DNA of 64,000 nt from an uncultured Clostridium sp. Its GTDB lineage: Bacteria > Bacillota > Clostridia > TANB77 > CAG-508. The notes under the pieces are model-generated. The model worked only from the letters and a program-made list of their open reading frames with translations, ran no database searches and had not been told where the DNA came from. The stretch is taken from positions 9,602 to 73,601 of the forward strand of contig CAOKEO010000003.1 of NCBI GenBank assembly GCA_948467495.1. The letters run 5' to 3'. Made by a program: the position numbers and the translations under genes. Shown here one piece after another: positions 10,431 through 20,263 of this stretch. Position 1 is the first letter of the stretch. Every line of letters starts with the position of its first letter.

Positions 10431-11621
10431 TCATTCTTTCACTTTGCCATAGTTTCCGCCACCACCAGAATGAATTTGCATTTTTCCTTCTCTGGCTTTT
10501 ACAATATAATTGGCAACTTTTTCTCCTACCACTGCTTCCATATCATCCTTAGACAATTTGTGTAAGATATTCATCTCTGTCTCAAAAGTATCTAGCAATT
10601 TATCTATTGTTTTTCCTCCAACACCTGGAATAAAGCCAAGTGGCACTTGATAAATATAAGGAGGTCTATGACAAGGACTTTTCGTTTCCTTTTTGTCTTT
10701 CAATAATTCAATTCTATCAAAAACGCCAAAAGTCACATTCTTTCCACCACATTTTGGACAAATTTCAACTGGTTGCTTTGTTTCAATAGAATCTTCACAA
10801 TCATCACAATAAGTTCTATGATATTTTCCAAGTTTAGGGTCTAATCCATAATTGGCAAGAACTTTTCTTCCCTTCTCATTTTTCAATGCCATCACAATTT
10901 CTTTAAAAGAAATATCTTCTACTTGCATCTTATTGTATTCTCTAGCAATTTTAGGTAAAGAATGAGCATCGGAATTAGTTACAAACGTCCTTGTCTCTAA
11001 TTCTGAAATCATATCGGCTAAATAAGTATCTGAACTCAAGCCCAATTCAATCGCAAATATCTTATCAAATTTCTCTTTGAATATATTTCCTAGTCGATTG
11101 GTACAGTTTCCGTAATAACTTTTATGTGGTGTAAAAACATGAGCTGGAATTAAAATCCCATTGTATTTCTCTACTATATCAATTAAATCATATCCTGATA
11201 AATCCGTTCTTTGTGTACTTAATGTAATATTTTTTAAATGATTACTTAGCTCATTCGAAAATTTCTTAATCTCTTTCAAATGTGGAAAAAAACATATATT
11301 ATGAGCACTTCCACACTTTCCATTTCTTCCTTTTTCGGAAGTTTCTACTTCACTTCCCAGTAAAATACAAACTTTATCTTTATAAATAATTCCACCATCT
11401 TCTAATTCATAGGCCTCTCCCGTTTTCAAGAAATTCTCAATATCCTCTATCACATAAGGAGAAGCACAATCTATAATTCCAACTACATGAATCCCCTTTC
11501 TGTCTGCACATTCCTTCGCAATATTAGCAAAATTCAAACTCCTTGCTGCCGTTATCTTAATTGGCTTTCCTGCCTCACTTCTTCCTATGTGTACATGTAA
11601 GTCTGCAAATATTTCATACAT
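10431..11621 (-). CDS. endonuclease Q family protein (PHP-like domain plus Zn finger)
   Basis: 396 aa. N-terminal ADLHVHIGRS, central CDDC...CPKCGG zinc finger, C-terminal helix-hairpin-helix-like tail. Confidence 0.7.
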   Translation of the reverse strand: MYEIFADLHVHIGRSEAGKPIKITAARSLNFANIAKECADRKGIHVVGIIDCASPYVIEDIENFLKTGEAYELEDGGIIYKDKVCILLGSEVETSEKGRNGKCGSAHNICFFPHLKEIKKFSNELSNHLKNITLSTQRTDLSGYDLIDIVEKYNGILIPAHVFTPHKSYYGNCTNRLGNIFKEKFDKIFAIELGLSSDTYLADMISELETRTFVTNSDAHSLPKIAREYNKMQVEDISFKEIVMALKNEKGRKVLANYGLDPKLGKYHRTYCDDCEDSIETKQPVEICPKCGGKNVTFGVFDRIELLKDKKETKSPCHRPPYIYQVPLGFIPGVGGKTIDKLLDTFETEMNILHKLSKDDMEAVVGEKVANYIVKAREGKMQIHSGGGGNYGKVKE

Positions 11622-11696
11622 CTTTCTTTTTTCCTTTCCTCTTAAAATTTTTTAAAAATTGCCAAAAAGGATTGTCCCTTTTGGCAACTTTTAAAT

Positions 11697-12503
11697 TTAT
11701 TCAATCTCATTGGCTCCTATTTTAGGATCATCATGTAAATGTGCCATGATTTTTCTAGTAGTTTCTTGACTAAACAATGGTCTATTTGAATTTTGTACCT
11801 TACCAAACATTTCTGTTGCCATTTCTTTATTCTGTTCTGCAATTAATTGATCAACCTTAGGTTCAAATTCGTAAACTACTTTTTGGATAAATTTCGTTAA
11901 TTCTTCTGTTTCATTATGTAATTTGACAAGTTTTCTTAGCACTGTCATAGAATGCGTTAAATCTTTCATTTGTATTTTCTCTAAAAAATTAACAAATTCA
12001 ATAAAAGTATTCATATAACGATTATATTCTGTTTTTAAATTTCTATGTTCTAGTAAGACAAGTGCTTCATCTGGCTTAAAACCAATTCTTTCTGGTCTAT
12101 CTAATAACATACCACCAAATTGATCTACTAATTCCAAAATATCACTTTCTCTTTCTCTTGGGTTACTCTTACTATATCGATTTACTTCTTTACATATTTT
12201 ACAAAATCTTTTACTAAATCCAATGCCACTTAAATAACTAGCTCCTTCTTTTGCAAAATCATGAATTTGGTTAATATCTTGCACATTTCCAACTTTTTTA
12301 CAATTACAAAGTAAACAAGCTGTCAAAACAAAATTTTTGTCTACTTCAATTTTAGAATAATTCAAAAAAAGTCTTGCCAGTTCTGTTTTAAATACAATTG
12401 ATTTGTCAAAAAATACTTTTGCTTTTTTCGACAAATAATAGGTTATTTCCATTTTTGAATCTAATTCTTCTTCTTCTAATATATAATCTGCAAAGGTATT
12501 CAT
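11697..12503 (-). CDS. hypothetical protein, possibly a degenerate HD-domain protein
   Basis: 268 aa ORF in an operon-like context. Weak HD-domain-like pattern (LLCNCKK, IHDFAKEGA) with catalytic residues substituted. Confidence 0.4.
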   Translation of the reverse strand: MNTFADYILEEEELDSKMEITYYLSKKAKVFFDKSIVFKTELARLFLNYSKIEVDKNFVLTACLLCNCKKVGNVQDINQIHDFAKEGASYLSGIGFSKRFCKICKEVNRYSKSNPRERESDILELVDQFGGMLLDRPERIGFKPDEALVLLEHRNLKTEYNRYMNTFIEFVNFLEKIQMKDLTHSMTVLRKLVKLHNETEELTKFIQKVVYEFEPKVDQLIAEQNKEMATEMFGKVQNSNRPLFSQETTRKIMAHLHDDPKIGANEIE

Positions 12504-12584
12504 GTGACTCCTCCCTATTTTCTATTATATCGGAATCTACAAAATATTTCAATATTTTTCCTTAATGTAACAGAAATGTAATAA

Positions 12585-13046
12585 TTATTTATTTTGGTCA
12601 TGGCCAGTTTGTGCCTGTTCCAAAGTCGCCATTCTTGCCAATTCATCACAACGATTATTATACTGGTTATCACTATGCCCCTTTACCTTATAAAATGTCA
12701 CTTTATGCGTTTTGGTCAAGGCATATAACTCCTGCCAAAGTTCTTGATTTTTAACAGGATCCTTTCCTGCTGTTTTCCAATTATTTTTCACCCAATTATA
12801 AATCCAGCCTTTTTCAAAAGCATTAACTACATAAGCACTATCACTATATAATTCCACTTCACAAGGAAACTTCAACGCTTTTAACCCTTCTATGACTGCT
12901 GTTAATTCCATTATATTATTGGTCGTATTTTTTTTTCCACCAGATATTTCTTTTTTATTCTCAAGGTGCATTAAAATTGCACCCCATCCCCCTGGTCCTG
13001 GGTTACCAGAGCAGGCACCATCTGTATAAATAATAACTTTTTCCAT
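12585..13046 (-). CDS. rnhA: ribonuclease HI
   Basis: [50 protein letters not shown]. Confidence 0.92.
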   Translation of the reverse strand: MEKVIIYTDGACSGNPGPGGWGAILMHLENKKEISGGKKNTTNNIMELTAVIEGLKALKFPCEVELYSDSAYVVNAFEKGWIYNWVKNNWKTAGKDPVKNQELWQELYALTKTHKVTFYKVKGHSDNQYNNRCDELARMATLEQAQTGHDQNK

Positions 13047-13131
13047 AAATTTGTCCTTTCTATTTGTCTTTTTTTGTTTTTTATGATACTATTATAGCAT
13101 AAATAAAAAAACGGGACAAGAAGGGGTTTTT

Positions 13132-14364
13132 ATGAGTAAAGTTTTAGGTATAGTTGCCGAATACAATCCTTTTCATAATGGACATTTATACCATTTAGAA
13201 AAATCAAAACAAGATACAGGTTCTAGTTATACAGTTGCCATTATGAGTGGGAACTTTACGCAGCGTGGAAGCACTTCTTTAATCGATAAATGGTCAAAAG
13301 CTGAATCAGCCATTCAATGTGGTATTGATTTAGTCATTGAATTACCTGTTTTATACTCTATATCAAGTGCTGAAAACTTTGCCGAAGGTAGCATTAAAAT
13401 TCTAGATTCTCTAAAGGTAGTAGACTACATTTCCTTTGGAGCAGAGACTGCTAACCTTGAAATTCTAGGCAAATGTGCCGATATTCTGTATCGTGAACCA
13501 AGAAGATATAAAACATTATTATCCCATGAATTAAAAAAGGGAGTTTCCTTCCCAAAAGCCCGAGAAAGTGCACTAATGATGTACCTTAGTGATATTAGAA
13601 CCTATGCTAATGTTCTCTCTTCTCCTAATAACATTTTAGGAATTGAATATTTAAAAGCTTTAAAAAAGTTTAAAAGTAACCTGCAACCTGTTAGCATTCC
13701 AAGATATGAAGCTGGCTATAACGATTTAACTTACACTGGCAATATCGCAAGTAGCACAGCCATTCGAAACATTATCAAAAACAATGGTTTTAAACCTTTA
13801 CAAAATCTTATGCCAGCTCCTAGTTACGCTACTTTAGTACAAAATATCAAAACTGGTCATATTGTCCCTGACATTTCTGTCTTTGAAAAGCAAATCATTT
13901 ATATTTTAAGAAAAATGGAAACGGCAGAAATTGCAGAACTACCAGATGTTTCTGAAGGCTTAGAATTTGCCATCAAAAATGCGGCTAATTCTTGTAATAC
14001 CATAATTGAATTTTTAAATATTATCAAATCCAAAAGATACACAACAACCCGTCTTCAAAGGATTTTACTATATGCCTTATTAGGCATTACCAAAAAAGAT
14101 ATGGAAGTTTGTAAAAAGACACAGCCTTATGTAAGAGTTTTAGGCTTGAACAAAAGAGGAAAATTTTTGATTGGTGAAATTGCCAAAGCCAATCCAAAAC
14201 TAGAAATCATAACTTCTGTAAAACGCTTTACTGATAAAAACACTAACAAAAATTTAATTACTATGTTAGAAAAAGATATTTGGGCAACTAATGTTTATAC
14301 GATTGGCTATGAAGACGATTCTTGGAATAATTTAGACTTTACTAAAAAAATTGTGACATTATAA
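13132..14364 (+). CDS. tmcAL: tRNA(Met) cytidine acetate ligase (YlbM/UPF0348 nucleotidyltransferase)
   Basis: 410 aa beginning GIVAEYNPFHNGHLYHL, the signature of TmcAL. Confidence 0.85.
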   Translation: MSKVLGIVAEYNPFHNGHLYHLEKSKQDTGSSYTVAIMSGNFTQRGSTSLIDKWSKAESAIQCGIDLVIELPVLYSISSAENFAEGSIKILDSLKVVDYISFGAETANLEILGKCADILYREPRRYKTLLSHELKKGVSFPKARESALMMYLSDIRTYANVLSSPNNILGIEYLKALKKFKSNLQPVSIPRYEAGYNDLTYTGNIASSTAIRNIIKNNGFKPLQNLMPAPSYATLVQNIKTGHIVPDISVFEKQIIYILRKMETAEIAELPDVSEGLEFAIKNAANSCNTIIEFLNIIKSKRYTTTRLQRILLYALLGITKKDMEVCKKTQPYVRVLGLNKRGKFLIGEIAKANPKLEIITSVKRFTDKNTNKNLITMLEKDIWATNVYTIGYEDDSWNNLDFTKKIVTL

Positions 14365-14365
14365 T

Positions 14366-14676
14366 AGGAGAAATTAAAATAGAAAATCGATTAAAAGAAA
14401 GACATTTAGGAATTTATGAAAAAGTCTCTTTTACTGATTTAGACTGGCAATTTTTCTGGATGGTATCAAAGTAATTTAAACTACCCAGAAGCAGAATCGA
14501 TGAAAAGTGTCTATCAGAGGGTATGTAATTTTATCCATAAACTAAAAACAAAAGAGACTGACAAAAACATTTTAGTTGTTACCATGGTAGAATCATTAGA
14601 GTCATTAATTGGTACTTTAATGGAATTAGTAATTCTTATTTTACCTGTGAAAATTGTAAAATATATAAATAGGTAA
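14366..14676 (+). pseudogene. relic of a histidine phosphatase (phosphoglycerate mutase/CobC family) gene
   Basis: Three frames together read RLKERHLGIYE.., ..SGWYQSNLNYPEAESMKSVYQRVCNFIHKL..KNILVVT and HGRIIRVINWYFNG... Two frameshifts are present and the N-terminal RHG region is missing. Confidence 0.6.
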
Positions 14677-15819
14677 TTACCTAGATTGTTTTATATTAAA
14701 GTTAATAGCAATGGTTGAAATAATAGATAACATAAATATGATATAAAACACACCCTCTCCCATAAAAGTTGCTAAAATAGCTAAAACTACAAATACCATG
14801 ACTTCTGTAAAACACAAACTCATTTGACCAACTGCTGATAAAAGTTCATTGTTTTCTTTTGATTCTTTTATAATATTTTGAATGGATGTTTGAATCGATG
14901 TTTCATATACTTTTTCAAAATTATCATTTAATGTCTTATTACATGATATTAGCATTTTATTTCTAGAAAATAGGAATATTGCTGTTATCATTGCTTTCAT
15001 AATGGTAACTAGATTATTTGCCTTTACTATATTTTTGTCGGAATATTTTCCTATAAATGCCACTGTAATAATTTGCAGTAATAAGGATACAATTATAACA
15101 GAAGAAAATAGTTGAAAATCTTTTAATACCAAATATAAATAAAGTGGTACAAATTGTCTTTCTATGATGTGATTCGTTCTTAATTCATATATCATTTTAT
15201 ATCTACTTTTACTTTTCCCTATATACTTCATAGATGCTTTAAAAGCACTTGTATCGTTTTCTACTTTATAATCTATCTTCTGAATGAAAATGTATTCTAA
15301 CAAAAAGAAAATTGCAATGATAGAAAACAAGGTAATATGATTTTGTGTTATCACCCCCCAAGCTACTAAAATGCTTGCCATTGCTGTTCCTACTATTTTA
15401 CTAATTCCTAAAAGACCATTAAACCTTCCCCTATGTTCTGTCTCTACATATTTACTGGATAAAGCGTCTGATAATGGATTTGATATTCCCTTCAGTCCCA
15501 TGGCTAAAATAAATACCATGATATTTTTGTAAATATCATTTCCATCTAGCATTATATAAGTACTCACAACGTTAAATATATTGGAAAGTAACACACATTT
15601 TGCTATCCCTATTTTAGAAGATATGGTCACAAATAATGGTGTACACAACCCTGTTATTCCAAATCTTAATCCATAAATTAATAAAATAAGCCATATGGGA
15701 ATTCCATTTTTGTAAAGCATTACTGTTCCAAATGTTTCCATTAAGGCATTACCAAAACTATAAGATATTTTGGCTAAGTACATGTATTTATATTCTTTTT
15801 TATAAAAATATTCTTTCAT
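14677..15819 (-). CDS. multi-pass membrane transporter, MFS-like
   Basis: 380 aa with about 10-12 hydrophobic helices. No specific motif recognised. Confidence 0.5.
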   Translation of the reverse strand: MKEYFYKKEYKYMYLAKISYSFGNALMETFGTVMLYKNGIPIWLILLIYGLRFGITGLCTPLFVTISSKIGIAKCVLLSNIFNVVSTYIMLDGNDIYKNIMVFILAMGLKGISNPLSDALSSKYVETEHRGRFNGLLGISKIVGTAMASILVAWGVITQNHITLFSIIAIFFLLEYIFIQKIDYKVENDTSAFKASMKYIGKSKSRYKMIYELRTNHIIERQFVPLYLYLVLKDFQLFSSVIIVSLLLQIITVAFIGKYSDKNIVKANNLVTIMKAMITAIFLFSRNKMLISCNKTLNDNFEKVYETSIQTSIQNIIKESKENNELLSAVGQMSLCFTEVMVFVVLAILATFMGEGVFYIIFMLSIISTIAINFNIKQSR

Positions 15820-15909
15820 TCATTGCTCCCAAATTACTACTATTTCTAAATAGTATCATATTCCCCTTTTCTTTTCAAGTTAATATATGTTAATTTTATG
15901 TATTTTTCA

Positions 15910-15985
15910 TTGGTAACTCCCAGCTGCGAACAGTCTGTAATCTTATAACAGACTGTAATCTTGCTGGTCCCCCCGAATTGTTACA
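15910..15985 (+). repeat. GTAACTCCC...CAGTCTGTAA-N-TTACAGACTG...GTTAC element, copy A
   Basis: About 76 bp with an internal 8-10 bp hairpin. Related copies at 28770..28845 (same orientation) and 30913..30992 (inverted). Confidence 0.8.
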
Positions 15986-15987
15986 TC

Positions 15988-16040
15988 ATAAAAAATATAG
16001 AAACTTTCTAATTGAAATATATCACCTGTGAATAGTCACC
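15988..16040 (+). promoter_or_regulatory. conserved upstream element with TAGAAA-C-TTTCTA palindrome (15998..16010)
   Basis: AAAAAATATAGAAACTTTCTAATTGAAATATATCACCTGTGAATAGTCAC. The palindrome ends exactly 58 nt before the -35 box. Copies at 27344..27394, 58691..58732 and 34463..34527. Confidence 0.6.
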
Positions 16041-16068
16041 TATAAATTGTCAAATTTAAAAAAAACTA

Positions 16069-16097
16069 TTGACTTTTATTTTAAAATAGTTTATACT
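16069..16097 (+). promoter_or_regulatory. sigma-A type promoter for the tRNA pair
   Basis: TTGACT (16069..16074), 17-nt spacer, TATACT (16092..16097), about 30 nt upstream of the first tRNA. Confidence 0.65.
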
Positions 16098-16126
16098 TTA
16101 ACTTGTGCTAGATGCTAATCGAGCAT

Positions 16127-16203
16127 GCTCCCTTAGCTCAGTTGGTCAGAGCAACCGGCTCATAACCGGTGGGTCCAAGGTTCGAATCCTTGAGGGAGCA
16201 CCA
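16127..16203 (+). tRNA. tRNA with CAT anticodon, non-initiator (elongator Met or lysidine-dependent Ile2)
   Basis: Cloverleaf with acceptor GCTCCCT/AGGGAGC, anticodon loop CTCATAA, TPsiC GGTTCGAATCC and encoded CCA. G1-C72 excludes an initiator. D-arm and anticodon loop resemble Ile2-type. Confidence 0.9.
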
Positions 16204-16219
16204 TATCAATTTTATATTT

Positions 16220-16305
16220 GGGTAGGTGGCCGAGTGGCTAAAGGCGGCAGACTGTAAATCTGTTCTCATTTGAGTACGAAGGTTCGAATCCTTCCCTGCC
16301 CACCA
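16220..16305 (+). tRNA. tRNA-Tyr (GTA)
   Basis: Acceptor GGGTAGG/CCTGCCC, anticodon loop ACTGTAAAT, long variable arm, GGTTCGAATCC, encoded CCA. Confidence 0.92.
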
Positions 16306-16380
16306 TTAGTATTATCAAGGCTTTCATCGTTTTGATAATATTTTTGTTTTTAAGATATATCTAACCAATTTATAAATTAT

Positions 16381-16540
16381 CTATCTTTCCTATATATACG
16401 CCAGAAATGTTTCTTATTACATAACTTCGTTCGCTTACCATTCTTCATAACACTATCATATACAACTATTAATTTTGGCTCTTCCATTCCACCTTTTTGC
16501 AAATGCACATAATCTTCGTCTGCTATACAATAAATGTTTC
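16381..16540 (-). mobile_element. short relic of an ISLre2/UPF0236-type transposase gene
   Basis: The reverse strand reads ..ADEDYVHLQKGGMEEPKLIVVYD... This matches the central part of the transposase wreck at 37379..38267 (..ADKNYVHLQKGGIEEPRL..). Confidence 0.55.
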
Positions 16541-17012
16541 AACTACTTTTTTACTAGAAATTTTCTTTTCTTTTAAATTTCTCCAAATATGGTTGCTATC
16601 TTTCATCATCTTTTTCTAATAATTCAAATTGCTCTTTTCTTTTATTTTAAAGACATATCTTCTGCATATTCTAATGAAAACTTAGTTAAATTTTTGATAG
16701 TAAATTTATCAAACAATATATTATTTTTGTTTAGCTAAAATTATAGAGATAGATTCGTCACAGCAAAATAAAATCTCATTATATCTTTTCAACAGTATAA
16801 ATTTTAAAACGAAAAGTTTTTAAAATATTTTGAAAAAAGCATTGCAATAAAAACGAACGTTTGATAAAATGTTTTTACATTAGCTTTTGAACCTGCACTT
16901 TATTTTTTAGCTAATCTATGATAAAATCTATAAAGATTAATGCAATAAGGGTATGAAAAGAAAAGTTGATATACTTTAAATTATAAATATTAAATGATAG
17001 AAAGAGGATAAG

Positions 17013-18092
17013 ATGAAAGAGATTGATAAATATATAAATAAAATAATAAAAGGTGATTGTATAGAAAACTTAAAAAAAATACCAAGTGAAAGTGTTGATT
17101 TAATATTTGCGGATCCGCCATATTTTATGCAAACAGAAGGCGAATTATTAAGAACAGACGGCACTAAATTTCAAGGAGTAGAAGACGTGTGGGATAAATT
17201 TGATGATTATAAACAATATGATGAATTTTGCACTAACTGGCTTAAAGAATGTAAAAGAATTATGAAGAAAAATGCAAGTATATGGGTTATTGGAGCATTT
17301 CAAAATATATATCGATTAGGATATATAATGCAAAATATGGGTTTTTGGATACTTAATGATGTTATATGGGCAAAGACTAATCCAGCACCTAATTTTTCTG
17401 GAACTAGATTTCAAAATGCACATGAAACAATGCTTTGGTGTACAAAAGATAGTAAGTCCAGATATACATTTAACTATAAAACCATGAAACACTTGAATAA
17501 TGACAAGCAAGAAAGAAGTATATGGAATATTGGATTATGTATAGGCAATGAAAGATTGAAAGATGAAAATGGAAAGAAAATTCATTCTACTCAAAAACCT
17601 GAAAAATTGTTATACAATGTAATTGTATCCTCATCCAAACCAGGAGATATCGTATTAGATCCATTTTTCGGTACTGGAACCACAGGAGCAATTGCAAAAA
17701 TGACAGGAAGAAATTATATTGGCCTAGAAAGAGAAGAAGAATATATTAATGCTGCACAAGAAAGAATAGATAAGATAAAAGTAATCCATAATGATATAAA
17801 TGATTTGAAACTAGAAGTAAAACCACCAAAAGTACCAATGGATAAACTAATAAAATTTGAATATTTACAACCTGGACAAGAAATTTATAACAAAGCAAAA
17901 GAAAAAATAGGAATTATTGAAAGCAATGGATATATAAATGATGGAGAAGATATTTTATCAATACATAAGATGTCTGCAAAGCATTTAGGATTAACTAATA
18001 ATAATGGATGGGATTATTTTTGGGTCAAAAGTAATAATAAATTTATTGAGTTGGATTCATTAAGATATGAATTTCAAAAAAACGAGTTATAG
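17013..18092 (+). CDS. beta-class N6-adenine DNA methyltransferase, CcrM/M.HinfI-like (probable GANTC specificity)
   Basis: IFADPPY (motif IV) precedes DPFFGTGTTG (motif I). Near-colinear similarity to my recollection of Caulobacter CcrM (GFWILNDVIW..NPAPNF.GTRF.NAHET, HSTQKPEKLL), including the C-terminal extension. Confidence 0.85.
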   Translation: MKEIDKYINKIIKGDCIENLKKIPSESVDLIFADPPYFMQTEGELLRTDGTKFQGVEDVWDKFDDYKQYDEFCTNWLKECKRIMKKNASIWVIGAFQNIYRLGYIMQNMGFWILNDVIWAKTNPAPNFSGTRFQNAHETMLWCTKDSKSRYTFNYKTMKHLNNDKQERSIWNIGLCIGNERLKDENGKKIHSTQKPEKLLYNVIVSSSKPGDIVLDPFFGTGTTGAIAKMTGRNYIGLEREEEYINAAQERIDKIKVIHNDINDLKLEVKPPKVPMDKLIKFEYLQPGQEIYNKAKEKIGIIESNGYINDGEDILSIHKMSAKHLGLTNNNGWDYFWVKSNNKFIELDSLRYEFQKNEL

Positions 18093-18101
18093 GAGAATAT
18101 T

Positions 18102-18968
18102 ATGGAAGAAAATGTTTTAGATCAAGTAATGAAAAAATCAATTGAAGTAATGATAGCAAATGCAGGAAATGATAATAAAATCAAAAAATTAAAAAAGAAG
18201 CATGAAAAGAAAATTCATTTTATTCCTATTAGGTATAGAGTGTTTGGCGGAATAATACAATCAATGAATATTCAATTTGGTAATTTTATTGAAGAAGCAA
18301 TTCATCAAATCTTATTAGTAAATAAAAATAATAAAATAATTGAAGATTATTCAGGCAAAAGATCTAATAGATTTTGCATAAGTAAAAAAACAGAAAGTCT
18401 AATAGACCAATATATTACTGATTGTGAAACACATACATATTCAGAAGAAGAACAAAAAGTAAATTACAATAAATTATTGGAAGATATTATTAAAAATGAA
18501 AAAAATGAAGAGCTAGAAACAATTAATTTTAAACATGATGTGGATGTATTATTTAAAGATACTATATGTGGAATTACATATTATGTAGAAATAAAATATA
18601 ATGATGACCACGATACTGGAAAATTTGTTGATATAAATAGAAAATTATTGAAAACTTATGCATATCTTGTTCGAGAATTAAAGATATATGATAAAGATAA
18701 ATTTAGACCAATGTTATTTTACTTTACGAATAAGAGAATGAAAGGAAATATTTATATACCAGAAAATGAGATATATAGGGGAACTAGATTTTTTGATAAA
18801 TATACAACTATAAAATATTCTGATTTAAAAGATTATATGTTGAATATTAGCGAAAATGAAGAAACTATCATGCAATTTAATGATATGTATAATAAAGTGA
18901 TAAATGAAAATGTTTATACATATAATGAAAACTTAGACATTACCTGTCTAAAAGAGGGTATGTATTAA
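18102..18968 (+). CDS. putative type II restriction endonuclease, cognate of the adjacent methyltransferase
   Basis: Starts 10 nt after the methyltransferase stop. Contains a PD-(D/E)XK-like signature DVDVLF...YYVEIKYN. No other family recognised. Confidence 0.55.
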   Translation: MEENVLDQVMKKSIEVMIANAGNDNKIKKLKKKHEKKIHFIPIRYRVFGGIIQSMNIQFGNFIEEAIHQILLVNKNNKIIEDYSGKRSNRFCISKKTESLIDQYITDCETHTYSEEEQKVNYNKLLEDIIKNEKNEELETINFKHDVDVLFKDTICGITYYVEIKYNDDHDTGKFVDINRKLLKTYAYLVRELKIYDKDKFRPMLFYFTNKRMKGNIYIPENEIYRGTRFFDKYTTIKYSDLKDYMLNISENEETIMQFNDMYNKVINENVYTYNENLDITCLKEGMY

Positions 18969-19083
18969 AAATCTACATACCCATCTTACTTTTTATAAAT
19001 TTTATTATATTTTTATTTTTAGAATACATCCAACTAATTTCAAAATCTAAATCCTCTTGAGTATAATATATCTTTTTAACTTT

Positions 19084-20052
19084 TCAAAAAATCTCACTAT
19101 AATGAGTAATCAATTTAGCTCCTTGCTGAATCAATCGATTGGTTCCAACAGAATGGTGTGAATTAATATTTCCTGGCACAACAAACACATCTCTCCCCTG
19201 TTCAAGAGCAAAATCCACTGTGATAAGTGTTCCACTTTTCTCCTTTGCCTCAACTACAAGAATTCCATTACTCATACCACTAATAATTCGATTTCTTGCT
19301 GGAAAATTTATCTTATCTGGTTTAGTACCAAGTGGATATTCTGATAAAATCACGCCACCCTTTTCAAGAATTTGTTTTGCCAAAAACTCATTCTCCCTCG
19401 GATATATTATATCCACCCCACTCCCAAGAACAGCAATTGTCTTTCCACAACTTTCAAAATTATCTCCCTGTGGACAAGTAGTATTTTGTGGATTATTTTC
19501 TTTTACTTGTGGACTATTATCTCTTTTTTGTAAATTACACTTTTCTATTTGTGCACAAATAGCCCCTATATGTGCATAACTATCCACACCTTTTGCTAAT
19601 CCACTCACAATATTAATATTTTGTTTTGCTAAATGATAACCAAAATATTTAGCAGCACTTTTTCCATATTTAGTAGCTTCTCTACATCCTACAACTCCTA
19701 TTGTCTTTTGATTTAAAATACTAGCATCCCCTTTACAATATAAACTAATGGGAGGATCATAAATTTCTTTTAAAATGTGTGGATATTCTTTATCCCTAAT
19801 AGAAATGATATCCACATTATTTTTCATCATATATTCCATATGTTTTTGCACACTCTCTCTAATATTTTCGCTCAAAATATCTTTAACAATTTTCTCCCCA
19901 ATTCCTTTTACTTCTAGTAATTCTTTTTCTTTCATATAATAAATTTTTTCTGGATTTTTATATTCATTCAACAACTTTTGCTTTTTTTTACTACCCAGGT
20001 TAGGAATTAACGAAAGCCAAATCCAATATTTTTTTTCTTTTAAACTTATCAT
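19084..20052 (-). CDS. dprA: DNA processing protein DprA
   Basis: GVVGCREAT, SGLAKGVDSYAH, TIAVLGSGVDIIYPREN, FPARNRIISG. Start set at ATG 20052 (AAAGGAG 4 nt upstream). Confidence 0.88.
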   Translation of the reverse strand: MISLKEKKYWIWLSLIPNLGSKKKQKLLNEYKNPEKIYYMKEKELLEVKGIGEKIVKDILSENIRESVQKHMEYMMKNNVDIISIRDKEYPHILKEIYDPPISLYCKGDASILNQKTIGVVGCREATKYGKSAAKYFGYHLAKQNINIVSGLAKGVDSYAHIGAICAQIEKCNLQKRDNSPQVKENNPQNTTCPQGDNFESCGKTIAVLGSGVDIIYPRENEFLAKQILEKGGVILSEYPLGTKPDKINFPARNRIISGMSNGILVVEAKEKSGTLITVDFALEQGRDVFVVPGNINSHHSVGTNRLIQQGAKLITHYSEIF

Positions 20053-20263
20053 TTTACTCCTTTCTTGAGACAAGAAAAACAGATTTCTAATTTGTCTTAC
20101 ATTTCTGTTATTTTTATTTACGCGTTGTTATTTTACTTTTTTGTTCTATTAATAACACAAATGAGACCTGCCCTTCTTGTCTCATTTCATAAAAAAAGAC
20201 ATTATGAATAATAATGCCCCAAAATTTATTTTATTTTTTCAAAAGTTTGTGTCCAACTCTTGT

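Noticed and set aside
16011-16030. ATCACCTC inside the upstream element resembling the 16S rRNA 3' end (anti-SD)
   Set aside because: The match is only 8 nt, the flanks do not match rRNA, and the context is a promoter-upstream region. It is probably coincidence.
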